Source: Stylophora pistillata (taxonomy: Eukaryota). Taken from it: 64,000 bases of DNA. A program made the position numbers and the translations under genes. The stretch covers positions 110,839-174,838 of the forward strand of contig NW_019218284.1 of the NCBI RefSeq assembly GCF_002571385.2, in the 5' to 3' direction. Position 1 is the stretch's first letter. Each line of letters opens with the position of its first letter. This document shows positions 37,001 to 49,591 of this stretch, piece after piece. The notes under the pieces are model-generated. The model had not been told where the DNA came from. It worked only from the letters and a program-made list of their open reading frames with translations, and did no database searches.

Positions 37001-39557
37001 ACTATTTTTTTCATTGCTGTCGTTTTTAAAAGAAAATAGGCATCAAATGGCACATTACAAAAGCAAACTAGCTTTCCTTTTGCAAAATTTTACCTTTTCA
37101 AATTCATGCTTATCTCTTTTTTCCTTTTTTTGTTTCGATGTCATCAATAAATTTCAAGTCATATACATGGCGACTTCTGTTATCGGGGAAACTCTGACAC
37201 AACTAAACTCTCATATAACAGAACACAACCTTCCAGTTTCAAAGCGGGTCGTTTGAACTGTTCAGGGCTTAGAATGTACGCAACCGATATGGAAATTTCT
37301 CGCAAGGAGGCCGGAATTGTTGGGTAAGTTACCTTGCAAGGTGTTTGATTTCCCGAAGGATGTTAAGGTTCGGCAGGAAAAGCAATCAAGACAGGAAATC
37401 AAGGATTATTTGAGGAAGGGGGTTCAATAAACGTGCTGATCGAACTAACAGACCGTCAGATATCACTAACCGAGTGTCGTTCGACATTTGGAAAGGTCGT
37501 AGGATTTGGGATTTTGGGGCAGTAAAGCAGGCTTTTTCGTTTGCTCCATCAAAAAGCACAAAAAAAATTGTCTGTCAGCATTATTTCCACTATAAGAGAA
37601 TTCTTCATTTCCTGTAGATATGCGTGAAAAGAAAAAGAAACAAACTTGAAAAAAAATTAGCATTATTCTATATAGGCATTTGTATTAAGTGAGTAAGCAA
37701 GTAGGTAACTTTATTTAATGAGTCTGACACATGACAGTACTAATTAACTGATGACTCAGTGGCCCTCAAATAAAACAAAACAAAAAATATATTATATGAT
37801 GTATATAGAAATAAATCCAAAATATATAAAAAGGTCGATTTAAAAATGTAAAAATATAAAATATAAAAAGGTTTGTATACAATAGTTGAATTAAAAATGA
37901 AGAATTATTATTCATTATTTATATAATCCATAAGCTACTGTAGATGGAGGATGCCAAGACGTAAAAGTCATATGGTAAAACTAAGAAAAGCGAATACCTA
38001 GTGTGTTCAAACATATAGATATCTATAATCAAATTAAGTTTATGCCAATGCAATACGTTTATGTCAGTTATATGTAGCGATTTTATGAAAAGTGTGCATT
38101 GCTCTCAATAACTTGTATGATAAATTTGCTAAATAAACGAACTTTTTTGCCAGCTTATGTTGATCAGTGACTTATTTCCTAAACTGAATCCGTCACGGTT
38201 GATTTGAGAAATGTCCCAGGGAAAGCTGCTGTTTACTAAAATAAGTCAAAACTGGTGAATATTTTTGGTTGTAATTTTCGCCGATTGTTTTTTTTTTTTT
38301 AATCATTTTTATTTAGTATGTACAGACTTCTTGGTAAATAGTCTGGCATTCTCTTTTTGCGATGCAAGGTCGTTTCCATGACAACTGCCAAAGTAAGACA
38401 GCAACGTCACAACCGGTTACGCTATCGCATGCGGTTGGGCGCTTGATATTTCTGTAAAGAGTGGGAGAAGTCGTTCGTTCATCAGAGTAACATGCTGTTG
38501 TAGATTACATACCCGATTTATTCTCCCAATCTCAAGGTACAATGAAAAAGCCCTTTTAATTGGTGATCAACTCCAAGACTAAAATAACCCGGCTCGAGAA
38601 GAAATTCACGCTAAAATCAAGGAAAGTCTGCGAGTTTGGTGATTTAAATCCACCAAATCCCTAATTTCCTGGGGAAATTTAACGATCCCAAGACGCTTTG
38701 CTTTTGCAAATCGTACCCAGACCGCCGCTCGTTTAGAAAATGGCGGTTAACCAAGGGGGTTGAACGACAGTCAAAAGGAAGGAGTTGGAGCCTTTCCCTG
38801 CCCCCTCCCCTGACCGTTTTCCCTAACTATAAATCAAACATGGCCGGTCAAATGAACGATCGCGAGCTTGTAAAGTTAACGAACTGATTCTGAGCTGTTT
38901 GAAAGGTTGGAAGCTAAAAAATGACCATGAAAATTGTTTTGGTTTTTCTTTTTTTTTCTTCATAGGAGTCACCCTATCACCAGTTGGTAACACCGCTGAA
39001 TTTAATGATCACGCTTGTGTCAAGGTATGACACTTATTTGTGCAATTTTTGCTTGAGCGCCAACATTGCAACCACAGGATTAACGTCATTACTTGGAGCT
39101 TGAGTGGTGAACATGTAATTTCTCCCTATAATATCCATACATTATCCAGTTAACAGGTAATGAGAATACTCAAACCTATCAGGTATTAGGGAGAAGTTGT
39201 TATCTTGTTGTAATACCAAATTCTCGTAACTAATTTACAAGGAATCGTGTAGTTGGTAGAGGGGAGAGTTGACAATCAGATCTTGGGAGTTAAAAGGTTG
39301 AAGGCGAAAGATAAAAAGTAAAGAGAACGAGCGACGGTACGGTATTGAAAGGGGGTTGGTGTTAAGTACTTCTATAAGGGGAGTTGTCGGCTGGTCTAAA
39401 CCAATGGGTAAGTTGTAAGAGATTTTAGATTGGGTGTAATTTAGTTTCCAGGACGGCTTACTGTTTTAGGACACTTGCCTAAGTTTTTTGTAAGTTGTCA
39501 CCATTTTTCTTGTTTCTCAGATACTTTGGTCAGAGTGACCTAGCGGATCCTGGATAA
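31090..39557 (+). CDS. GEMIN2: Gem-associated protein 2 (SMN-interacting protein 1), 11 exons, ~268 aa
   Basis: Exons 31090-31196, 31521-31608, 32168-32257, 32750-32806, 33173-33246, 33698-33767, 34409-34453, 34862-34930, 35435-35545, 38966-39024, 39521-39557 (807 nt). Motifs [66 protein letters not shown]. Confidence 0.96.
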
Positions 39558-40327
39558 CTTCACACCTCTTTTTAAAAACATAACAAAAACAATTGCAGAG
39601 GGAGCTGAGTAAAGGAGAAGGATTTGGAAATGGTTCCCGAACGTTTCTCCCAACTGGAGCTGAGATTCGCACGATGTTCGCCATGGTGATTATATCCTCG
39701 AAGAAACAAGTTTCATAGGTAGTTCTGCCTAGTTCTGTAAAGAATACTTGACGACTTTCCACTCGGCTACTAACGATGTTGAAAAGAACTTGACCAGGTT
39801 CCTTGTTGCTTTGCGTCTTTTCAGATCATCAGTGACACATTCGGTTATGTTAAAACAATTCCTAGTCGAACTTTCATGAAATTTTGGTTCTATGTTTTGT
39901 CATTTGGAAGAATTGACTTAAAGATTTTAGAGACAAAAAGCTAAAGGTCATGTAAAACCTAAATGATTCAGATAGTGACAAATTTTTATTTTGAGAAGAA
40001 CACTCTTTGATTACAATTTTAAGCTGTAACAGTTAAAGATATTTATTCCAATTTATAACGCTGAAAATATGCAAAAGAAACATTACCGATTCGTAATATC
40101 GACCCAAGCCTGAACTGAGAAAAATTAAAACCGGACGAGGTCAAGAAAGACAAAAATTAGTCCCTTTATAAACCATAGAACAATAAGCATAAATCGAAGT
40201 TATGGACTGATTTTAGTTTGAAACGTAGCTTGTAAAACAGGTAAAGAACAAATCTTTGTAAACTTCCTTTTTCAAGTAGATAGAATCACGCCTTTAGAAA
40301 TGAGTTACAAATAATAAAAAGGCGCAT

Positions 40328-42181
40328 TTACGCCGTCATATTTTCTTCCTTGATACCTGTAACCTCATCAACGTTCGTTGCGTTTTCAGGGCTGTTTCCT
40401 AGCAGTATCTTTGAAGAATCCGTGTCATGTTTGGAGCTTCTTTGAGTGACTTCAGTGCTGGCTTGACTTCCATCCTTTTTATTTTTATCCTCTTCTTTCT
40501 TGGTTCCAGACAAACGTCTCCGCCATTTCTGAAATCGACTCATCTTACGCTCTGTTTTGTTGGGGTTTTCAGAGCCCCCACTTCCTGTGCTTTCACTTCC
40601 ATCAAACTCAATTCCTGATTGCACGCTTCCGGTGTCAAATGACTTTCGGTGGGATTTGTGCCCAGCCTTACTCTCCTTGCGTCCCTTTTTGTGGCTTTCT
40701 TTGACTTTACTTCCTCTGCGCTCACTTCCGGTAAATTCACTTTCCGCTAGTTCAATTATCGCGTCATGTGAATTCCGGTGCAATCTGTTTACGATGTTGG
40801 CAAATGATTTGTTTTCATCCGTGCTTTTTTTTCGTAAGCTGCGCATGTTCCTGCTGTCTGACTTGCTTTTGTAGCTATTTCGGCTTTTACCCACGTCAAA
40901 TTCACTTCCTGTTTGCACACTTCCGGCGTCAATGGACTCTCGGTGGAATTTTTCGTTGAAGTACTGGATAGTTAATTCTTCACCCGTGCTTTTCTTCTGC
41001 AAGCTACGCATGTTTTGATCGTCTGATTGAAAAAGAGGCCCCAATACTGCTGCACCAGAGAGAGAATGATCCTCAGCAGAGAGCGGCGTCAATGTGGGAT
41101 CACTATTCCTTTGGATATCCAGATGGGATTCTAAGGCTGGACAAGCGCATGCGCCCTGACATCCGTTGCTGCAGTAGGCAGTGACTGCTTCTGTTTCAAT
41201 GTCACTGCTTGAAGCTTTGTGTTCTTCCTGGAGGAACAAACGGCAGTATATGAAGACCTTAAGTGTGCTGTTAGCTTTTACAACGCAAAACGTATGTGTA
41301 ATTTTTTGAAATTATTTGTGCGCGTAACTAAGTACAGTTTCTAATAACGTGTCAAACCAACTGGTTCAGAAAATTAGGTTTTCGTGGAACTTATGCAGGA
41401 GCTCTTTCAAGGGATGTTGCCAATTAACAGGCCGACCAACAGGAATCGAATGACTGCACTTTGTCGATGCAACGGAACGGAAAAGACAGGTCACATCTAA
41501 TGAACCCGACTAGAGTCTCGTGGGTAGGAATAAAGCAAAGGTAAACAACGGCAAGAAGACAAAATCAGGCGAAAAATTATAAAAGAAAAAAGCGATACGT
41601 TACGGTTGTTGTAACGTTAGTCATTGTCTGTGACTGAAGTGATTTTCAGGCGTGAATGGCACTGAGGTGAATCATGAGTTTTCACAGGAATTAAACACAG
41701 CCCAGTTACTCTTGAAGCGTTTTTCTTTAAAGAGTGAGGTTCAATTCCTCGTGTTGGACTCATTTTTGGTCGTCCTGTGCTCGTGCAAGTTATTCTTCTC
41801 TTATTTTTGCTGCAGTTTATCCAATTACGTATAGACCATAAACAACCGCTCTTCCGTCACTTCGTGAAATATGCGGTATTTTTCGGTTTTGGTGCGTAAT
41901 GTTTCTCTCTAAACAGTACTCTCAAGCACCTTTTCAAAATTTCTACAGGAATACATTATATGCAAACTGTTCAAATTTACCTCGACAGTGTTTAGTTCAT
42001 TGGATGGACCAGTTGACGGAGGCGTCAAGGGTATCTGCGGCTCAGCGTTTGCAGTCTTTGTCAATTTTTCTTTGTACAAGACTATAAGAGAAACGATTAA
42101 AATATGTGCAAAGCCAAGAGTTACCACCACCGACGACTCTAATTCGCCGAAAAACAAGGACAATATGTTTGACAGTGACAT
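40328..42181 (-). CDS. Uncharacterised single-pass membrane protein with long low-complexity repeat tail, 2 exons, ~366 aa
   Basis: Exon 42181-41981 (MSLSNILSLFFGELESSVVVTLGFAHILIVSLIVLYKEK.., donor GAG|gtaaat) joins in phase 0 to 41227-40328 (acceptor ttcctccag|GAA), a 900-nt open frame. Confidence 0.72.
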
Positions 42182-43244
42182 TTTGGTAGTCACATTTTGA
42201 TTGCTGCCCTCGTTAAACGTTACGTCATAAAGATTTATTTTACGTCGTTCGTAATTTATGCTAGATGTGCGCGCGCTACACGCGTGAATTCCCGTTCCAT
42301 TCTTCGCGCGGTTGCAACTCCGGCATTGGATGATTAAAAAATGCGACAAAAGAAAAAAAGGTTAAAAATTTTTTTATTTTACTATTATGGCTTTGCAAAA
42401 AGTCTTCCAGTTTATGTTTGACTTTCATTTCTTTTTACTTTGCATCTACCTAGTCTGACATAGTCTCCCATAAGATATTAGCTTTCACATACGCGTCAAA
42501 ACCTAGTCTAGTCTATATTATAATTACAAATTATTACAGATCACTTTCCTAAAAACAGGCCTCGTGTCGGAGCTGGGGGCCAGTCATAGTTATTGTCTAA
42601 GAACCTTTATTTGAGGGGGATATCATGTGGTTTTGAGGGAGAACAGAGAGAGGATCAGTCGTCCCGACAGAGCCTGTGCTCGTGGGGGAGGGGAGAGGGG
42701 GTGGTAATTTGAAACTCGCCTGGCTGTGTCAGGGAATTCGAACCGAATGTATTAATTCTTTCAAGCGGATTGCAAGTGTTTTATCTTTTAATATAGAGGC
42801 GTTTAAAGGTGAAATGTTTACTTCGCGAGCGATTGGCTCATGAGGAAAGGTCTACAAGGGTTAGGGCTTAAACCTTGCTTAATAAGTAGAAAGTCACGGT
42901 CCCTCATTTTGCCTTTTACCAAAACATTGACCATCAACTCCGGCCGGAACTTTGGTTGGGTCATGTTTGAACACAATTTTGGTCCCGAAGCACAGGAATT
43001 AGAACAAGCCAATATTCAAAAGTTCAAATGTCCAAAGGGGTTACGTGGGCGAATGATAAAGCTTCAAATTGATCCACGCAAAACAAAAACGTATTTCTTA
43101 GGGAACGGAGTTGACTTGTTATTCAGAGACTTTTGTCGTCAAAGAACCTTCACTTTCCAAATGATGATTTTTTTATTTGAGAGAAGGAATTAATTTAAAA
43201 GACCACATTTTCAGGGAGAGTGTCTTTGTATGTTTGTTTGTATA

Positions 43245-43291
43245 TAGACATCAAAGCAGACCCTTCCAGCATTATTTTCTTCGGTCCAACC
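43245..43291 (-). pseudogene. Short fragment of the secreted-protein family C-terminus
   Basis: Encodes GWTEENNAGRVCFDVY, identical to ~46398-46444; abuts an N gap. Confidence 0.6.
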
Positions 43292-43302
43292 NNNNNNNNN
43301 NN

Positions 43303-44080
43303 GGCCCTCTAGTTGCCAGTCTGCAAAAACAAGCAGAATTGGCATCAGGGGATGAATGAGACAAACTTCACTTTTGAGTATACCACCTTCCCAAAATTTC
43401 TGGTAGCACACAGTATCTCCAGAAGTGATTAAGTTTGGAAACAACAGAGTGCCAGTGTCTGACATCAGGCAAAATTCTTTCACAGAAGAGATCAATTTGC
43501 TCACGAAAACCACAAACAACAAAGTCACAATAAAGCTTTTCAGCAGTGAATATTTACTGTTGGATTTGGTAAAAGTAGGCATGAGTTGTATTTGTTAATA
43601 TACAGCTCCAAGTCTATATCCTTTAAACAATAGGGGCTTTTGACCTCCCCACATCCATTCCCACAGCAATCACACCTACACAAAACGTCAGGTGTGGCAT
43701 GTAACCATGGATATTGTTTATTGATAAACGTGCCACATTTCGTTACCTGAAAGTTGATGTGCTTTTCCTTCATGATCTTTTCATAAGTTTCAATAGCAAC
43801 ACTTTCATGTTTACAACCATCTTCTGTAAACTCTTATACGCCTTAAAATAGTCTTTACTGTAATAACTCGTGTCAAGCACCAAAAACAACAATAAATCCA
43901 TCGATTCGACCAGAGGCAGGCACTCTGGATCGTATTTTTTGTCTGATAACAAGAGAGGATCGATTCCAACACAAGATATCTTCTCTAAATGACGTTTTTC
44001 ACGTGGGGATCGAGCGTGTTCGCATAATCTGAGAGAGGATATCCCGCCATGTTGAAAAATGTGGAACACCAACATGGCGT
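43303..44080 (-). mobile_element. Internally deleted YqaJ/lambda-exonuclease-encoding DNA transposon remnant (ISL2EU/Harbinger-group-like)
   Basis: [33 protein letters not shown] (PD-(D/E)xK YqaJ-like motif) and upstream ..[29 protein letters not shown]; frameshifts and stops. Confidence 0.7.
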
Positions 44081-45192
44081 CTCAACTTTCCCGCGGTTTT
44101 TATGACGTCATGTGCAAACGCTCAAAATAAGCCCGACATATTCCGAACTTCTCCGCCAATAAAACGATGATGTTTGGAAACCCGGAATATTCCGGGACCC
44201 GTCCGCATGGACGAACACGTGCGCCCGGAATATTCCGGGAGTCGCTCGATAAGGGATAATTATTAAGTGACAAACTAAAATTACATTACTTAAATAAATT
44301 TATCGTACTTACTGACATGGAATATTATTTTGAACTTTTGTTTTTCTGAGGGGAGAGGGGGGGGGCTTAATGAATTTCTTCCTCTAAAGAGGGGGGCTAA
44401 TCAGAGGGGGGCTAATCAGAGGGGGAGGGCTTAATAGAGGATTTACGGGACCCCCGGAGTTGATGTTGGCGGGGGCGCTTTTTATCCAACAGAGAATTCC
44501 GGAACTTTTGCCAAAAGAGATCGAGGACAGATTCTAGCTAAATTTTAATTTCTTGAACGATTGTAATTTCCGAAATGCGAACCATTCAACGCTAATCTCG
44601 GACATCCCGAAGAAAATCTCACACCTGGATGTGGTATTTGAACACAATTTTGGCTCGGAGGGACAGGAATTTGAAAACAAACAATAGTTTAAAATGTCCG
44701 CGGGATGTTGAAGCTCGAGTTGATCGACGCAAAAAAAAGCGAATTTCTAAGGGGAAATGAAGTAGTTGGTTTTGTACGTTTAATTCAGAGATTCTGGTGT
44801 AAAGGTGCTTTTCTCTGTCCAGATGATTATTTTTCTTTGAGAGAAAAACTGAACTCAAAAGACTACATTTTCAGAGAGGATGTATATGTTTTTGCTTATT
44901 TGTTTGCTTTTTTGCGTTGATTATTTCTGATTGTTTTGGAGATAAAAATACTTAAAATCCAGACTTTGGTATCAATTAAGTTCAGTAAAAAGGGTTTTAG
45001 GAACTGAATAGATAAAAGTGAAATGGAGATGAAAACAGATTTATACAGCTGTTGCAATCTTTAAATTTCCTTGTTTTATTTGGGCAGTTTGTGCAGTATG
45101 TCGACCTTTTTTTAATGAAACCAGTTTAGCCCTTAGCAGTGATAGCTGGTGCACAAATCCGTTTTTGCAAAAAGGTAATGAAGAACTGTTCC

Positions 45193-45572
45193 GACAAACA
45201 TGCCATAGACATCAAAGCAGACCCTGCCACCGTTATCTCCTTCAGTTCAGTATGATTCATTAGGTCTTTAACATATCACACGCGGAGCTGTTGGCGTTGG
45301 TAAACTGAATGGTGAAAAACGATAGAATGAGCTCGGGAGAAGAAGGGCCATATCCGGGAAGCCTATAAACTCTGCGGCTTGATAAATACACTTGATGACT
45401 GCTCTGGCGGTAGAAGAATGATGTTGTCCGATGCTACTATGACAACGCTAACGTAATCCTTCAAGAAACTACAACCCAGTGAGACCAGTTGGCAGGGCTG
45501 TAATTACCGCAGCTGACGTAGGCGTGACAGCTAATAACGGTGAGCCAATTTCATGTTAGCCAGCTTACCAGC

Positions 45573-45575
<3 letters not shown>
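45193..45575 (-). pseudogene. Degenerate exon-2 copy of the secreted prepro-protein family, truncated by a LINE
   Basis: Recognisable GKLANMKLAHR..WSHWVVVSLKDYV..PGYGPSSPELILSFF..GDNGGRVCFDVYG with frameshifts; the 5' part is replaced by (ATT)n and LINE sequence. Confidence 0.85.
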
Positions 45576-45603
<28 letters not shown>

Positions 45604-45938
45604 TTACATTTCTAAAGCGCTAAAATTATAAAATATTCTAAAGCGCTTTACAACATTATTAACTACAAATATTAAAATGATAAACGACAAAATATCAAAA
45701 CAAACTGTAAGCCAGCTTGAATAGATGTGTCTTAAGCTTTGACTTAAAAATCGTTACACTTGGACTGTTTCGAATTTCAAGCGGCAGTTCGTTCCACAAA
45801 AAAGGTCCAGAACGGGCAAAGGCACGATCACCAAAGGTCTTAAAGTTAGTTCTTGGGACCTTAAGGAGACCCTGATCGCAGGAACGTAGCTGATGACCCT
45901 TGACACTGTGTGGCTGCAGATATTCTTTTATGTATAGT
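45576..45938 (-). mobile_element. 3' end of an L2-type LINE with (ATT)n tail
   Basis: Minus strand reads QLRSCDQGLLKVPRTNFKTFGDRAFARSGPFLWNELPLEIR..FKSKLKTHLF. Confidence 0.85.
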
Positions 45939-46382
45939 NACGGAGTTGACTTGTTATTCAGAGACTTTTGTCGTCAAAGAACCTTCACTTTCCAAATGAT
46001 GATTTTTTTATTTGAGAGAAGGAATTAATTTAAAAGACCACATTTTCAGGGAGAGTGTTTTTGTATGTTTGTTTGTGTTTGTTTGTTTGTTTTTTTTTTA
46101 ACCATTTACAGGCTGAATTGTTTATTTCTTACTATTCTGTGGACAGAGGTGCTCAATATTTAGATTTTGGTATCAATCAAGTGTTTTACGAACTGGTGAG
46201 ACGAAAAAGGAATGGAGATGGAATCAGAAAACTATTTCAATTTTCAAATTTCCTAGGTTTATTAGAGGCACTTTGCGCAGTTTAGTCAAATTTTTACCAG
46301 TCAAATTAGTTTAGCCCTTTTAAGAAATGATAGTAAGCTGGTGATAAAAATCAGTTCTTGTATGGAGGTAATGAAAAACTGT

Positions 46383-47597
46383 TCAGACAAACCTGCCATA
46401 GACATCAAAGCAGACCCTTCCAGCATTATTTTCTTCGGTCCAACCCGTCAGGTCCTCACCATACCACACACGAAGCTGTTGTCCCCGGTAGACTGAACGA
46501 GGACTGGTGAAGAAGGACAGAATGAGCTCATGGGAAATCGGGCCATATCCGAGAACTTTTGACCACTTTCCGGCTTGAGAGTCAATGTTGAGGAACTGGT
46601 CTGGCGGCAATAGGATGATATTGCTTGACAACATTAACATAATCCGTCAAATGACCACAACCTCAGTAACACCAGTTAATAGCGTTGTACTTGTGGCAGG
46701 TAACGTAGCCGCAACGGTGAACCAATTTCATGGCAGCCAGCTTACCAGCGAATGGCATCGTAACAGTTGCAAAGAAAGAAAAGAAAGAGAAATTCAGAGA
46801 AATTCAGTTTGTACAAACTGTCTGTGGATTAAAAAACACGAAAAATATCAATAACCATTACAGTTGTTAGGCGATAAAATGTTCTTTTGCCTCTGCTCTT
46901 TTTGACCTTTTCACCTCTTTCTAAATAACATCTTTAGTTACTTTTCGTTCTCATAAATTCAGAACTATACTTTTTCCTAGCGTCAGCTGACGAATTTCAA
47001 TTTATTTACTGATGGCGCTCCATTTGAAAATAGATCGCAGGTTTTTCTTGACTGTTTTAATGAAAATGTCAAAATGAAATAAAATAGTTTAAGGCTATCT
47101 TAAAATTCCACCAGGAAGGTGAACTCTAGACGTACTTATGATTGAATTCGAGTCAAACGAAGTCGATCATAATGCGAGATTCTTCATGCTTTCTACTCAC
47201 TTAGCATGAGTTTGACTCCACGAACATTAAATATTAGTTTCATTCCGTGTATCGAAGGCTCCAGTACGACTTTTCCGCCAGAAAGATAAACTCGAGTTAT
47301 AATTTCGCGTCAAATTTGACCAGATTTATATCGAGAACTATATGAAAGAAAATATCCCTTAAGTGTTTTGGGAACACAAGATGTTTCGGCCAATAGTTGT
47401 TTTTCAAACGGGTTCTCGCCTCAAAGCTGACCAACCTGCATTGCGATTCCCAAGTTCCCTCTTAGAGCCAAGGTAATGTGATTGTCGTTCAATTTCGCAC
47501 TCGCATCTTGGGCTCCGTTGCTATTCAATTCGGTTGGAATGTTCGCACCCCGAGAGCCAAGAGTAAAAAGGTACAGGCGCAGTAGAATGGATTTCAT
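46383..47597 (-). pseudogene. Pseudogenised two-exon copy of the secreted prepro-protein
   Basis: Exon 1 47597-47436 is 5 nt longer than in the intact copy (frameshift before KR) and has Cys->Arg in the signal core. Exon 2 (~46823-46383) has PVCF replaced by a pyrimidine tract, a Trp->TGA stop and a further frameshift. Confidence 0.9.
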
Positions 47598-49185
47598 CTT
47601 CAGTAGTCTTCAGCTTTCACAGTCACAGTGTCATGGAATAACAACTCTCAGTCGGGCATGGGTTTATAAACGTTACTTACAGTGATTATGCGAATGCAGA
47701 TCGCATCAGGACAAGCTCGAAGCGGATGTTGATATAGAAATACGAGCGGGGGAGGCATTGGGCATTGGTATTTTCGGTTTTCGCTTATTTTAATTTAGAC
47801 CAACTTCTCGGTTATTATGCCAAAAAAAACTTCTGAATCATTTTTTTGGCTTTGGTGCGCATTGACGTTTGCGGATTTTTCCATTTTTCTAGCATTCAGT
47901 TTTCGGTTTTCGTCGAAAATACTATTGGGTTTTCACATTTGGTATCCGATGAGGTTTTCAGTTTTTCCTATTTGGGTTTCAGTTTCTTTTGAATAATAAT
48001 TTTGATGAATAAACTGAAACATTTATCAACTTGCGATTTATAAATCTCCGAGTTAACGACACCTATGAATGGAAACTTTTGATAGTTTCACGGAAATTTG
48101 CATTTTTCACGGTACTTTGCTGATAACTGAGAGCGGATGAACTATACGATTTGTAAGTTGCAAGTGACATGTAGCGTTATTTCATACAATACAGTTCATG
48201 TTCTCGGACATACGTATGTTTTCAGCTCGACTCAGAGTAATTTAGCCCGAGCTGTTACAGCGAGAGTTGAACGACTCTGAGGAGGGCTCGAAACTTCTTA
48301 ATGCCCATGAACACAAACTGTATTAGTACCATTGAATCACTTTTCGAGGCACTGAGAAACTAAAAACTGAGAAAAAAACTGGGAACAGTCCGAAAAAGAA
48401 CGCAAACATGCGAGGGGGCTAAAATACATTTTAACAGGTCAAAATGCTCCACAATGCCGGACAAAGTGTATGGTAATAAATACAATTTATCGATTCGCAT
48501 CTAAGATGCATTCGAAAATGTATGATTTAATACATCGCAGTTGTGTTATCTCTTAAACGCAAACGCGATTTTAAAAATCAAAACAGTTAAATATATAAAT
48601 TGCTATACGCAAATGCGATTATTTCCGCTTGTTGTTTTGCAGAAGACGGCATGGAAATTGATCATTTTTCGAACACAAATGCACATTCATTGTTATTCTC
48701 ATTGGCTATTTTTTTTCTTTCACCCCAGTTCTTGTTACGTTGTCCGCATAAATTTTGCACTCTACTAAGCCAGGAATTTGTGTGCTGCACGACAGTTTGT
48801 TCAAAGTGATCGAAGTGGACAGAAACCAACGCTTAACGCTTCATCTTTCCTAGAAAGTAGATTCTGCTGCGCTTATGGCAAGACTTCCCTGTCAGGTGAT
48901 TTAATTTTAGTGCCAGTATGAGGCGTCAGAAAGACTAGAATTGAACATTGCATAATATTATTGCTGAGATGTTTTTGTTACCACCGTGCGAATGTTGTTT
49001 TCTGTTTACTTGCTTTCTTCAGATTAAAGATCCAAAGAAACAACAGCTACAGTTGTAGCAGACAAGAACTTGAAATCTAGTAGCAAGTAGCGTCAGTGTG
49101 ACGCACGAGTATCAGGATCTTATTTGGTGCAGTACACGCTTCGCGAAACCCACGTTGCTGGGTTATTTGACGTTTGAGGAAACAG

Positions 49186-49591
49186 GTCAAAATTTCTTAC
49201 AGTGGGGGGTTGGGTAGTTGGAGGAGTTTGGCTGTGCTACAATCGATAAAATTAACTTCATCCCCCCATGAGACTCAGCACAATCTTAAAATCTCGCCCC
49301 CCCCCCCTCATTAGCAGTCAAAATTTCTTACAGGGAGGAGGGGGTGGGTAGTTGGAGGAATTTGGCTGTGTTACGATCGATAAAATTTACTTCATCCCCC
49401 CATGAGACTCAGCGCAATCTTAAAATCTCGCCCCCCTCCCCTCATTAGCAGTCAAAATTTCTTACAGTGGGGAGGGGGTGGGTAGTTGGAGGAGTTTGGC
49501 TGTGTTACGATCGATAAACTTTACTTCATCCCCCCCATGAGACTCAGCACAATCTTAAAATCTCGTCCCCTCCCCCCTCATTAGCAGTCAA
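49186..49591. repeat. Tandem repeat, ~130-bp unit x3
   Basis: gtcaaaatttcttacag..ggtagttggaggagtttggctgtg..catgagactcagc..ctcattagca repeated from ~49186, ~49316 and ~49451. Confidence 0.9.

Noticed and set aside
46640-46680. In-frame TGA as selenocysteine or readthrough
   Set aside because: It replaces a conserved Trp (SHWGC) in a copy that also carries frameshifts, so it is ordinary pseudogenisation.
49186-49591. CRISPR-like array
   Set aside because: Whole ~130-bp units repeat without unique spacers, there are no cas genes, and the context is eukaryotic.
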